Position numbers and translations under genes: made by a program. Positions 28,560 to 38,958 of a stretch of DNA of 64,000 nt are shown here, piece by piece. The stretch is from Selaginella moellendorffii (taxonomy: Eukaryota > Plantae > Lycopodiophyta): the NCBI RefSeq assembly GCF_000143415.4, contig NW_003314366.1:462132-526131 (forward strand). The letters are read 5' to 3'. The stretch's first letter is position 1. Each line of letters starts with the position of its first letter. The notes beneath the pieces are model-generated. The model was not told the DNA's origin, did not search any database, and worked only from the letters and a program-made list of their open reading frames with translations.

Positions 28560-29438
28560 AAATCAATTATTATATAATTAATTTTAGCATTTAAAAGTTT
28601 TTAGAAATAATAATAATAATATTTTTTCTTGTAAAATAAGCAAGAGGATGCCCATTTTGAGAACATGTGATACTTGTATAGACATCAATATCATTAAACT
28701 ATTGTGTTCTGAAACTAACTTTGCAAACTCAAGCTATAAATTAATTTATATTAATACTATATTTTTTATAATTACCTTTTACCTGAAACACCATTTAGTG
28801 AAAAACTTATATAGAAATAAGGTACTCAATCAATAGGGATTGCTATATCAATCTGCTAGAGCTAGATATTCTCTAGAGCTAGATATTTTCTGGGAAAATT
28901 GGATAGGGGTGGTGATATATTTAAGGTATATTCTTAACACCCATCAGTTTTAATGTTAATATTCTTGCTTATCACTAATATGAAGTCTCTAAATTTTGGC
29001 AGTCATCTTGGGTCAAAATGTCTTTCTTATAGCAATAATCCTAGCAAGTGAGTAACAATGACCTTTCTACTAGCTGCAAGACCTCAACCCCAAGTTGAGG
29101 GCTCCCTCCCAGCTGAAAGTTTCTATTATAGTTCATTCAATCAGAAGAAAAATATAGTTTTAATCCATTCTTGATGATGGAATAAATGTGCCTGGAGGTA
29201 AGCCCTAGCTGGCAATGACCTGACCTGACCTGACCCCAGCCAGCCACAACATCTCTCGGTACAAAATTAGCACTTGGATGTTAGGTAGAGCTACTTACAT
29301 ACTCATATTTGAATTGAAAGATTTGTGCTTTCTACAGCCAACAACCCACCAAAAATCACTTAACACTTAATACTAGCATGAAAAATTTATATAGTATATG
29401 AAAGAAAATAATTTACCATGCGTTGCATGTAACAACAC

Positions 29439-29696
29439 TTGGTTTGCTTAATAGTAATGTTATTCCTACTTACTAATTCAATTGATCAAATAAAATTTAT
29501 AATTATAAGTATGTTTTAACACAAGATTATTGCATATCAACAGTAGAATAAAAAAGAATATACTAAAAAGGGTTTAAGAAAGTTTATAAATTATAAACAC
29601 AAGATTAATCTAAATGAATAATAACCGTTAGATAGTAGAATATCCTAGAATATCTAAGCATATTTCTAGGTATATCCACTTGCTTAAGCAAACCAA
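29439..29696. mobile_element. MITE-like element with 13-bp TIR TTGGTTTGCTTAA
   Basis: TTGGTTTGCTTAA at 29439 and TTAAGCAAACCAA ending 29696; second copy near 12.8-13.0 kb; no clear TSD. Confidence 0.6.
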
Positions 29697-29779
29697 TAAT
29701 AACAAATATTATTCACAAGCTAATAAGCAATAGTTTTGCAGTTGTCAAGGTTTAGGGCAAACGGAACAAGGGAGGTAAA

Positions 29780-32700
29780 GTGTATATGCATAGCAATGGC
29801 AAAGCTTTGAAGAAATTTTTCTCATCTTGGAGCTCCACCATCTTGGCGCTCCTGGCGGTTCTCAAATCTAGCAGCAATAGCAAGAATGTAGGCCAGGGAA
29901 AGACGATCCACGCAAGAGCGATCGCTTCCGGCAGCGAATCCAACCTCTTGGTCGCCAGCAGCCTTGTTACAATGTACTCCAAGTGTGGAAGCACCGCAAA
30001 CGCGACCAGGGTCTTTGATTCCATGCCCCTCCACGACGCTGTCTCCTGGAACGCTTTGATCCTGTGCTACGTTGACAATGGCCAAGAGATCTTTGCGCTC
30101 GACACACTCTCGGAGATGCTGCTAGAAAATCAAACTCGAGCACCACCGGATGCCGTGACCTTTGCTGCAGCGATCAAAGCTTGCGCTGGCCTGGCGAGCA
30201 AAGAAAACATCCATAGTGAGCTTCTTACAAAGATCGAGGCTTTGGAGAAAACTATGAGAGTTCACTCTCGAGCTGCAAGGATGGGATTTGAGCAGGACAT
30301 GGTTGTGGCGAGCTCGCTCGTGGATGCCTACGCAAAATGTGGGAGTTTGCTGGATTCTCGCAGAGTTTTCGATAGGATGGTTCATCACGACGTCGTCGCT
30401 TGGACCTCGCTCCTTCTCGGGTATGCTGATACTAGTGCTCCCAGAGATCTTGGCCTGACTTTGGATTTGTTCTCGGCAGGCATGGAGGCTGCTGGATGCT
30501 CGCCAAACACGCGGACCTTCGTTGCAGTGATCAAGGCTTGCGCAAACTTGGCCGTGAGAGATAATGGTAAGAAGGCGGCGATGCTGCTCAAGGGGAGAGA
30601 CTTACACTTGCAAGCTGAGAAGCTCGGATTTGGAAGGGATGCTTTCGTAGCAGCCAGCCTGGTGAACTTCTACGCGAAGTGTGGAAGGATGGAGCAGGCT
30701 CGAGAAGTTTTCGACAGGATAAAGCAGCCAGATGTGGTGTCATGGAACGCTCTGATCTTGGGATATGCTGCGAATGGCCAAGGAGAGGTGGCTTACGAGC
30801 TTTTCCAGAGGTTTCTTCGACGACACAGAGATGGATATAGTTCGATCGCTCCCGACGGAGTAACGTTTGCTGCTGCTTTGAACGCTTGCGGCGGCATGGC
30901 AGCGAAAGAACAGGCCAAACTTGGGACTGGAAAGCTGCTCAAAACTCTCGACAAAGTCATGGCTCTTCACGTCCAAGCCGAGAAGAGCTTGTCGTGCGAT
31001 AAGTTTCCCAAGAGTATCGTCAACAGTCTCATGGATCTGTACGCCAGGTGTGGAAGTTTGGAGGATGCGAGGCGAGCATTCGACAGGATGTCGTGCCACT
31101 CGCATTCAAACTGGACGAGTTTGATTTCGATCTACGCCGACTACGACGAACCGGAGCTTGCTTTTGAGCTCTTCGAGCACTTGCAAGCTCATGACGAGCT
31201 TATCAATGCCCGAGCTTTCCTTGCCGGACTAAAAGCCGTCACTGCTCTTGTGGAACGAGAACAAAGTGTGAGACAGGCTGATGGAAAACACTTGAAGTTG
31301 GTTTCCTTGAAGACCGCCTTGGAGATCCACTACCGAGCCATCAGCCATGGCTGCGATTGCGATAGCTACGTCGCATGCAGCCTCGTAACTCTTTACGCAA
31401 AGTGTGGAAGTCTTGTGGAGGCTACGAAAGTTTTCGAGGAGATGGCGGAGCCGCCGGATGCTGCGTTGTGGAACGCAGTGATTTTGGGATGTGCCGAGAA
31501 CGAGCAAGGCGACTTGGCACTGGAATACTTCGCAAGGATGCAAGCTACAGCTTCCTGCAAGCCAGACGCCATTACTTTCTGTGCTGCTCTCGAGGCGTGC
31601 AGTGTTTTAGCCGGGAAAGAAGCAGGCACACAAGTTGAGGGCGATAAAGTTGCGAAGCTCGTTTCGCTGGAAAGAGGCATGGAAGTTCATTCCCGGATCG
31701 TGAAAGATGGTCGTGGAGAGCTAGAACAAGACGTGGTTCTTTCGAGTGCACTGATCAGCATGTACTCGAAGTGTGGAAGCCTGGTGGATGCTGTGCGAGT
31801 TTTCGAGAGGATTGAGCGGCACGACGTTGTTTCTTGGACGGCACTCGTGCTCGGATGTGTAGAAAACGGGGAGGCCGGACTGTCTTTGAGATACTTTTGG
31901 CCGATGCTGCTAGAACGGGACTCGTCTTCTTTCAAGCCCGACTCGAGAGCTGTCGTGGCTGCGCTCAAGGCTTGCTGCGCCCTGGCAGATGAAGAGAGAT
32001 CCTCTCTAAAACTCGACGAGACATCGTCCAAGTTGATGGTCGAGAGTTTGGAGCAAGGCATGGCGGTTCATTCCGAAGCAGCCAAGCATGGATTCGAACT
32101 CGACATGGTGGTGGCCAACACCTTGGTGGAGTTTTACTCCAAGTGTGGAAGCATGCTGGACGCTCGAGCAGCTTTCGACAAGATGCCTCAGCGAAACTCT
32201 TCGTCGTGGACTTCACTCCTGCTGGGATATGTCGAGTGTGGCCAGCCGGAGGTGGCTCTGGAACTCTTTGAGCTCGCAAGAGCAAGCAGGAGGGATCTCT
32301 TCGATGCTCCTGGCTTCGTTGCTGCTCTCAAGGCTTGCGGAGTTCTGGTTTCACTCCAGTCGGCGAAAGATATCCATGCCGAGATCTATCGACGTCCAGA
32401 CTTGCTCGAAGAGAACGAGCTCTTGGTGACGACTTTGGTGGATGTGTACGGTAAATGCGGCAGCATGGTCGATGCTGAACACATTTTTGACTATGTGGTC
32501 GCGGCGAGAGACGATCCAGTGATTTGGTCGGCACTTATCTCTGGATACAGTCGACAGGGAAACACGCAACAGGTGCTTGGAGTTTTCCGCAAGATGGAGG
32601 GCGAGTTTGTGCGAGTGAGCTCCAGCTCGTTGCTGTGCTTCCTCACGGCTTGCAGTCACGCAGGCCTTGTGGAGAAAGGAGCTCGCTGTTTCGAGAGGAT

Positions 32701-32974
32701 GGCATCCAAGTATGGGGTTTCTCCGAGCTTAGAACACTATAGCGCAATGGTCGATCTCTACGGCCGAGCCGGCAAACTCGAGGCTGCTCTGAGCTTGGTG
32801 GAAAGCGTGGCTTTGGAAGCAAATGCCGGGATCTGGAGAAGTATTCTCGGTGCCTGCTGGAAGTGGAAAAATTCCGTGGTGGCGAGAGTTGCGTACAAAC
32901 GTTTGCTGGATATGAACGAAGCTGACGCTGGGGCTCATGTCACCATGGCAAATCTTTGCTCACTGGAACACTAG
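29780..32974 (+). CDS. PLS-class PPR protein with E domain, no DYW (probable organellar RNA-editing factor); exact start uncertain
   Basis: Repeated P-L-S triplets (SLVxMYxKCGS..A..VF..M...DVVSW.ALI), C-terminal ACSHAGLV..HYSAMVDLYGRAG..WRSILGAC E domain. Confidence 0.93.
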   Translation: MYMHSNGKALKKFFSSWSSTILALLAVLKSSSNSKNVGQGKTIHARAIASGSESNLLVASSLVTMYSKCGSTANATRVFDSMPLHDAVSWNALILCYVDNGQEIFALDTLSEMLLENQTRAPPDAVTFAAAIKACAGLASKENIHSELLTKIEALEKTMRVHSRAARMGFEQDMVVASSLVDAYAKCGSLLDSRRVFDRMVHHDVVAWTSLLLGYADTSAPRDLGLTLDLFSAGMEAAGCSPNTRTFVAVIKACANLAVRDNGKKAAMLLKGRDLHLQAEKLGFGRDAFVAASLVNFYAKCGRMEQAREVFDRIKQPDVVSWNALILGYAANGQGEVAYELFQRFLRRHRDGYSSIAPDGVTFAAALNACGGMAAKEQAKLGTGKLLKTLDKVMALHVQAEKSLSCDKFPKSIVNSLMDLYARCGSLEDARRAFDRMSCHSHSNWTSLISIYADYDEPELAFELFEHLQAHDELINARAFLAGLKAVTALVEREQSVRQADGKHLKLVSLKTALEIHYRAISHGCDCDSYVACSLVTLYAKCGSLVEATKVFEEMAEPPDAALWNAVILGCAENEQGDLALEYFARMQATASCKPDAITFCAALEACSVLAGKEAGTQVEGDKVAKLVSLERGMEVHSRIVKDGRGELEQDVVLSSALISMYSKCGSLVDAVRVFERIERHDVVSWTALVLGCVENGEAGLSLRYFWPMLLERDSSSFKPDSRAVVAALKACCALADEERSSLKLDETSSKLMVESLEQGMAVHSEAAKHGFELDMVVANTLVEFYSKCGSMLDARAAFDKMPQRNSSSWTSLLLGYVECGQPEVALELFELARASRRDLFDAPGFVAALKACGVLVSLQSAKDIHAEIYRRPDLLEENELLVTTLVDVYGKCGSMVDAEHIFDYVVAARDDPVIWSALISGYSRQGNTQQVLGVFRKMEGEFVRVSSSSLLCFLTACSHAGLVEKGARCFERMASKYGVSPSLEHYSAMVDLYGRAGKLEAALSLVESVALEANAGIWRSILGACWKWKNSVVARVAYKRLLDMNEADAGAHVTMANLCSLEH

Positions 32975-33054
32975 AAGAACGGCTACTGCCATGTTTTGGA
33001 TCGAGTCACTCCCTCGTTTCGTTTGTGGATGATCTTTGTGGTGAAACTCGAAAG

Positions 33055-34899
33055 CTAGAAGACTTTGATACTGCCACCACCTTTGCCACCACTACTAAGC
33101 GAGAACAAGTTCCGGAGAAGAACGTAGCTAGCGCTCGTCGTCGTGGAAACTCTCGAGAGTACACGCTCCGCGGCATGAGCTCCGTGGTGCAGGCTATTGT
33201 GGCTCTTGCAAGCAGCCAAGAGACACGTCCACTCGAGCATGTCCGGAACAAATGGCATCGTGAGTATGAGCTCCTGCGCGTGATCCAAATGCCCAGCTCG
33301 TCCCAGGAGATCGATCATGCAGCTGAAGTGCTGCTTCGTCGGCTGGATCCAGTAGTCCATTGTCATGGACACGAACGAGCACTTCCCAGTGTAGACTTTG
33401 CCTTCGTGACTGCAAGCGATGAGGATGGACGCAAAGCACACTGCTCCAGGCGAGTGAATTGCCTTCATCGTGTCGAAGAGATCAAACGCTGCTGTGTTGT
33501 CTGTGTTTTGGGCATAACCAGCGAGCATCGTGGTCCAGGAGACAGAGCTTTGCTCGGGCATTGAGTGGAAGAGCTTCTCGGCCTGACCAAGATGCCCGTT
33601 TAGAGCAAAAGCCGAGAGCATTGCATCCCAAGACACTGAGTCCCACTCTGGCATCCGGTAGAAGATCTCCTCGGCCTCTTCGATGTACCCGTTTTGAGCG
33701 AACGAAGCCAACATCACTGTCCACGATACCATGCTTCGCTCTGGAAGAACTCTGTCAAAGATGTGTGCTGCGTGCTCCAGATGACCCTTTTGGGCATATG
33801 CAAGCATCAGTGTGTTCCAACAGACGAGATCCCATTCCGGCATCCGATCAAATACCGACTTTGCTTCGTCGATTTGCGAAGAAGCAGCGTAGAGCGAGAG
33901 CATCGTGGTCCATGAAACGAGATTCTTTTCGGGCATGTCTTGGAAGAGCTTCTCAGCGTCATACGTATGCCCGTTTTGGGCATATGCTGCAAGCATAGCT
34001 GTCCACGACACAACATTCCACTGTGGCATTTTAATAAAACAGTTCCGTGCTTGATCCACATTCCCGAACTGAGCATATAGTCCCAAGATTGCGGTCCAGG
34101 AAACCAAGTTTCTCTGTGGCATCTGATCAAACATGGTATTTGCTTGATCGATTTGACCATTCTGGGCATATAGAACGAGAATCGCAGTGCACGAAACCAA
34201 GTCGTGCTCCGGCATTCCATCAAACAACCGCATGGATTGCTCGAGGTTACCGTTTTGAGCGTATGCAGCCAGCATGGCTGTCTCGGCGATCATGTCTCGA
34301 AGTGGCATAGCATCGAAGATCTCTTTCGCAGAGAAGATATGACCCTTTTGGGCATATGCCGCGAGCATGGCAGTCCAAGAAACAAGGTTCTTTTCAGGCA
34401 TAGAATCAAAGATTTGAGTGGCTTCGAGGAGCAAGCCGTGACCGATGAAAGCAGTGAGAATCGCGTTCCAAGAAACGATGCTAACAATTGGAGTAGAATC
34501 AAAGATGATCTTTGCAGAGTCAAGATGCCCACACTGGGCATATGTCGAGAGCATGATGTTCCAGGAGACGAGCGAGCGCTGCGGCATGGAATCAAAGAGG
34601 AGCTTCGCGTTTTCTAGCTGCCCATTACGGGAATAGGCCGTGAGCATGAAATCCCAGCTGAAAGAGTCCCGCATGGCCGTGTCCAATCGATCAAACACCT
34701 CTCTCGCGAGCTGTGGACTCCCGCATTTGCCAAACATCTCGATCAGCTTGTTGAGGATGAAGATCGAGGAGGACGATTCATCGCCACCGTGCTTGATCGC
34801 GACCGCGCGCCGCACGCCATGCTCGATCGCCCGAGCTAGAGACAGCGACTTGCAAGCCTCGATCCTGCGAAGCCACTCGTCCTGGGTGTGAAGGATCAT
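33055..34899 (-). CDS. PLS-class PPR protein dominated by 31-aa SS motifs, E domain, no DYW
   Basis: Tandem 31-aa repeats (VSWTAMLAAYAQNG..A..F..MPE), ending ACSHEG..HFSCMIDLLGRAG..WTCLLAAC. Confidence 0.93.
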   Translation of the reverse strand: MILHTQDEWLRRIEACKSLSLARAIEHGVRRAVAIKHGGDESSSSIFILNKLIEMFGKCGSPQLAREVFDRLDTAMRDSFSWDFMLTAYSRNGQLENAKLLFDSMPQRSLVSWNIMLSTYAQCGHLDSAKIIFDSTPIVSIVSWNAILTAFIGHGLLLEATQIFDSMPEKNLVSWTAMLAAYAQKGHIFSAKEIFDAMPLRDMIAETAMLAAYAQNGNLEQSMRLFDGMPEHDLVSCTAILVLYAQNGQIDQANTMFDQMPQRNLVSWTAILGLYAQFGNVDQARNCFIKMPQWNVVSWTAMLAAYAQNGHTYDAEKLFQDMPEKNLVSWTTMLSLYAASSQIDEAKSVFDRMPEWDLVCWNTLMLAYAQKGHLEHAAHIFDRVLPERSMVSWTVMLASFAQNGYIEEAEEIFYRMPEWDSVSWDAMLSAFALNGHLGQAEKLFHSMPEQSSVSWTTMLAGYAQNTDNTAAFDLFDTMKAIHSPGAVCFASILIACSHEGKVYTGKCSFVSMTMDYWIQPTKQHFSCMIDLLGRAGHLDHAQELILTMPFVPDMLEWTCLLAACKSHNSLHHGAHAAERVLSRVSTTTSASYVLLRNLFSLSSGGKGGGSIKVF

Positions 34900-34937
34900 T
34901 GCTTGGGCCTTCTCGACCAGACTGGTGGATAGATTGC

Positions 34938-36642
34938 CACTTAGAGACTCATTAAACCACTTGTGGTGGTTTTTTCCCTTTGTTTGGTTTAGTTCTAGTT
35001 ATACCCATTAGAAATACTTTTTGTATCTCAATCCAACTATTTATTCTTGAGTAATTTTAGCTTCTATCAACATAACCATCACACTTTGAAACTTTTAATT
35101 TTGATTTCTCGAAGTCAATTTCTTAGGTGTCTCCGACACCTTGCATTACACATATTATGCAAACTCCACTTCTCCATCATAGGAAGTTCTTTACTTGAGG
35201 GCACCATCATCCTCTTTTTTATTTTATGCCACTCTAAACACTAAGTTTTATTTATCCATAATTCACGACCCTATCATTTGGCTAATTTGCTACTCCCTCT
35301 TTTAAAACTTTCACCTTTGCCAAATTGAAGTATTTGGGAATCCATCATTGGAAATATATTTTCTTTCCCATGATCTATTAGCATCCAACATATAAGTGTT
35401 CTTTGCCTAACTTTACCATTTAGATTTTTTCCAATGATTTCTATAGCTCTCTTGATGTTAAGTGATATCTTCTTGCTTGCCCTTTGTGAGATCTTTCATA
35501 TTTTGCCTTTATCCTTTGATCGTTTCACTAAATAATGTAGGATCACTACTTCCATCATTGAAGTATCCTTTTAGTTCCATAACTAAGGCTTTGCTTTGCT
35601 AAATCCAGAGGGTGTTTACCCCTAATAAGTCTTTTTAGCATTTTTTACTGTAAGCTTTATCCACAGCCCAACTTTATAGCCCTCCTATAAGTATTTCCTA
35701 AAAATTACTTTCTTAGACTCACTATACCATCGCATTGACACCCTTGATTTCCCTTTAAGTGTCTTTCCCACTTGGTCACTTTGACTAAGTCACACTATTA
35801 CCAACAGTTCAAATCACCACTTTCCTATTCCTTAACCAAACAAGGGATTTGTCCTTTTTTAACACCTAGTAACCTAATCTTAACAGATTTGCCAATAAGT
35901 ATTAAGCCTTTCAAACCTTTAAGTTGTTGACAATGACCTTGAGGGCATCCTTCACACTTGGTAGTATGCCCAAACTAGCCCTTCTGGCCAAGGGTCTATA
36001 GTAACTAAGATTGGGTGTCCACATCCAATTCACCACATCTTTTATGCCACTTGCACCAAAATGTTTAAGTTAGATATATTGAGCTTTCACACTAAGAAAT
36101 CTAACCATGCATCATGACTCTAAGGCATCCCCCGTTTGGCGGTATACCCAAGCCAATCTCCTTACTAAGAGTTCATGACCTCCAGAAAATGAATGTTTTC
36201 ATATTCCAAACCATCACCATGCCCTAGTGAGTTGGGACTCGAACTCAAGCACTAAAGAGTTGGGACTCAAACTCAACCTTCACATGTATCTACGAGAGGC
36301 ATCACCCAAGATACCTAGTATAACTCCCTATGTTGGTGCACCAACTTATACTTAAAGTGTGTTATTGATCACAATTTAGGAACTTAGTTCCTCTGAATTG
36401 CCAAATCCTCTCACTTGACAAGTCTGTAATCATGCATGAACTCCTCCATACTTGGCTCTATGGGCTACCCCTCTTTGAAGTCAACACCTTCCACTAGGGT
36501 TTTTGTTCTCCCGACTTGCCAATCTCACTTAGCAAGTCACCTAACTAGCTTAATATAGTTTTATGTATAAGTGTGAAAATCCTTAACTATCGACTTTCAT
36601 TCAAAGCCATCTCTTTGAACACTCAGGAACTATTTCCCCAAC
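34938..36642 (-). mobile_element. Old, eroded internal region of element X (left part)
   Basis: Colinear with 39925-41462 plus 54721-54894; includes the empty site of the DNA transposon at ~36460-36480. Confidence 0.85.
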
Positions 36643-37028
36643 TGTCAAGACCCCCAACAAGATCAAGACTAGAAAATGCTAAAGACAAAGAGAAAAGCTA
36701 GTGGAAACAAAGAAGAGGCCTTAGACTGGTGTTGATTCAGATTGTGGAGAAATGGAACAAGGCTAACCTATATATACTATAGGTTGATGAAGCTCCACCA
36801 CTCTTGGATCGAGGACGGCCTAAATATAGCTGAGGTCGAGGAGGCGCCACATCATCATCAGGAATATGGCTCGAGACTCAAGAATCGGGAAGTGTCTCGA
36901 GAGTCAGGAATAAGGAAGTGTCTCGAGAGTCAAGAATAGGGAAGTGTCTCGAGAGTCAGGAATGTGGTCTGCAGGTCAGGAATCCGGCGAGAGTCAGGAA
37001 TGTGGCATGAATTGGGGGATTCCTGACA
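36643..37028 (-). repeat. 3' LTR of chromovirus (386 bp, TGTCA...TGACA) with internal ~26-bp tandem repeats
   Basis: PPT AGGAGGGGGTGC on the minus strand at 37029-37040; GGAAGTGTCTCGAGAGTCA x3 at ~36887-36960. Confidence 0.9.
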
Positions 37029-37039
37029 GCACCCCCTCC

Positions 37040-38958
37040 TCAAGAACGAGTGGAACGAGGATGTGAACGAGAACAAAGAGGAGGATGAGATGAGCGGCGA
37101 GATGGAGAAAAAGAATGAGGACTGGGACGAGAAGGATAGCGGCGGTGGAAGTCCTGAACAAGGTCAGGAGAATGAATCAGGTTGTCCGCAGGTTCCCAAG
37201 TGCGTTCCTCAGGTCCATAACCCTTCCAGTCGACCAGATAGTAGAGTTTAGACCGTGAAATCTTGGAATCAAGGATGTCTTGAACCTCGTACTCAGACCC
37301 ATCCTCGAGCTGCACTGGTGGAGGCGGAGGAATGACCCAATTTGGAATAGGACTGGGAATATAAGGCTCAAGGAGAGAGGAGTGAAAAACGGGGTGAATT
37401 TGATATGAGGAGGGAAGTGCAAGGCGATAAGTGACGGGATTAATGATGGCAGTGATAGGAAAAGGACCGAGGCATTTGAAATCGAGTTTTGGACAGGGCC
37501 TGGTGGTGGAGATATTTCGCCTGAGGAGCCAGACTTTATCCCTGATATTGTAAGGGGGACAATCCTGACGATGGATATTGGCAAATGTTTTGTGAGATTC
37601 CTGAGCACGATGGAGGTGGAAGGAGATGGAGTTGTGGATTTCCTGAAGGTTGGAGATAAATGCCTCAGAGCGGGGATTTAAACGAGAGGATTCAGATGGA
37701 GAAGGAAGTGAGAGATTGAATCGGGGATTTCGGCCAGAGTTCGCAAAGAAGGGGGAAACTCGAAGAGAGGAGTGAACAGAGTTGTTATAGGAGAACTCAG
37801 CAAGGGGAAGGATATCGAACCAGTTATCCTGATGATAGTTGATGAAGCACCTCAGGAATTGTTCCAGCGTCTGAATCGTTCGCTCGGATTGTCCATCAGT
37901 TTGAGGATGATATGCCGAAGAGAGGTTGGCCTTCACTCCAAGCAGCTGCAAAAACCGTTGCCAGAAATGAGAGATGAACTGAGGCCCCCGATCCGAAACC
38001 ACATCTGTAGGAATCCCATGAAGTCGGAAAATTTCCCTGAATACCAGTTTTGCCATGTCCTCGCCCGAAAATTCCTTGGTACACGGCAAGAAGTGCGCCA
38101 TCTTTGTGAAGCGATCCACCATGACTAAAATACTGTTGAAGCCTCCAGAACTCGGAAGATCACTCAAGAAATCCATGGAGATGGATTCCCAAGGACCTGA
38201 AGGGACCGGGAGGGAATGAAGCAAACCTGAAGGAAGGTGGTGAGGTACCTTATTCTGAGCACAAGTGTCACAGGAGGTAACAAAAGCTTTGATGTAGTCA
38301 TCCATGTGAGGCCACCAAAAGTCCCGTCCAACTAGCTCATAGGTTTTCGCAATGCCGAAATGACCAGCAGTCGGGCTATCGTGGCACGCCATCAGGACCA
38401 ACCTTCGAGCATCACCTTCAGGAACGTAAAGCTGCTCCCCACGGTACAATAAGCCATCTAAGAACTCGAACTCGTCAAATCGCCAGTAGTCGGGAGTCAC
38501 TGGGTGTCCAGCCTGAAGATGGGTGAAAATATTGTTGGCGAGGTCATCAGATTGGAGATCGTTTCTGATTGCATCCATCAAGGAGGAGTCCTGAGGGGCC
38601 AGGGAAATTGCCATAACTTGAAGCCGATCAGGACCGAGGATAACTTGATCCTGTTGATCGAAGGCAGGATTACCAGGCCTAAGACTGAGATAGGAGCGCC
38701 TTGAAAGAGCATCAGGAAGGCCTTGAAGCTTTCCAGGTCTGTACTTGATAACAAAGTCAAACCGACTCAGGAATTGTGCCCACCTTGCTTGACGATGGCT
38801 CAAAACTCGGGAAGTGGCAAAGTACTCGAGATTTTTGTGATCCGTCCAAACTATTGTTTGATGGCCCGCCCCCTCCAAGAAACGGCACCACTCTCCAAAG
38901 GAATCCACGATGGCAAGGAGCTCCTTGTCGTGGATTTCGTAATTGATCTCCCGGGATC
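37040..38958 (-). pseudogene. Chromovirus (Ty3/Gypsy) pol 3' part: RNase H, integrase, chromodomain; 5'-truncated
   Basis: NYEIHDKELLAIV, TDHKNL, H..GHFG..CDTC, MDF/SDRG/QTDGQSER, GPF motif, EYEVQDILD..YLVDWKGY..TWEP chromodomain. Confidence 0.93.

Noticed and set aside
32956-33998. Plus-strand ORFs after the first PPR as a possible DYW extension
   Set aside because: Antisense to the second PPR; no HxE or CxxC motifs.
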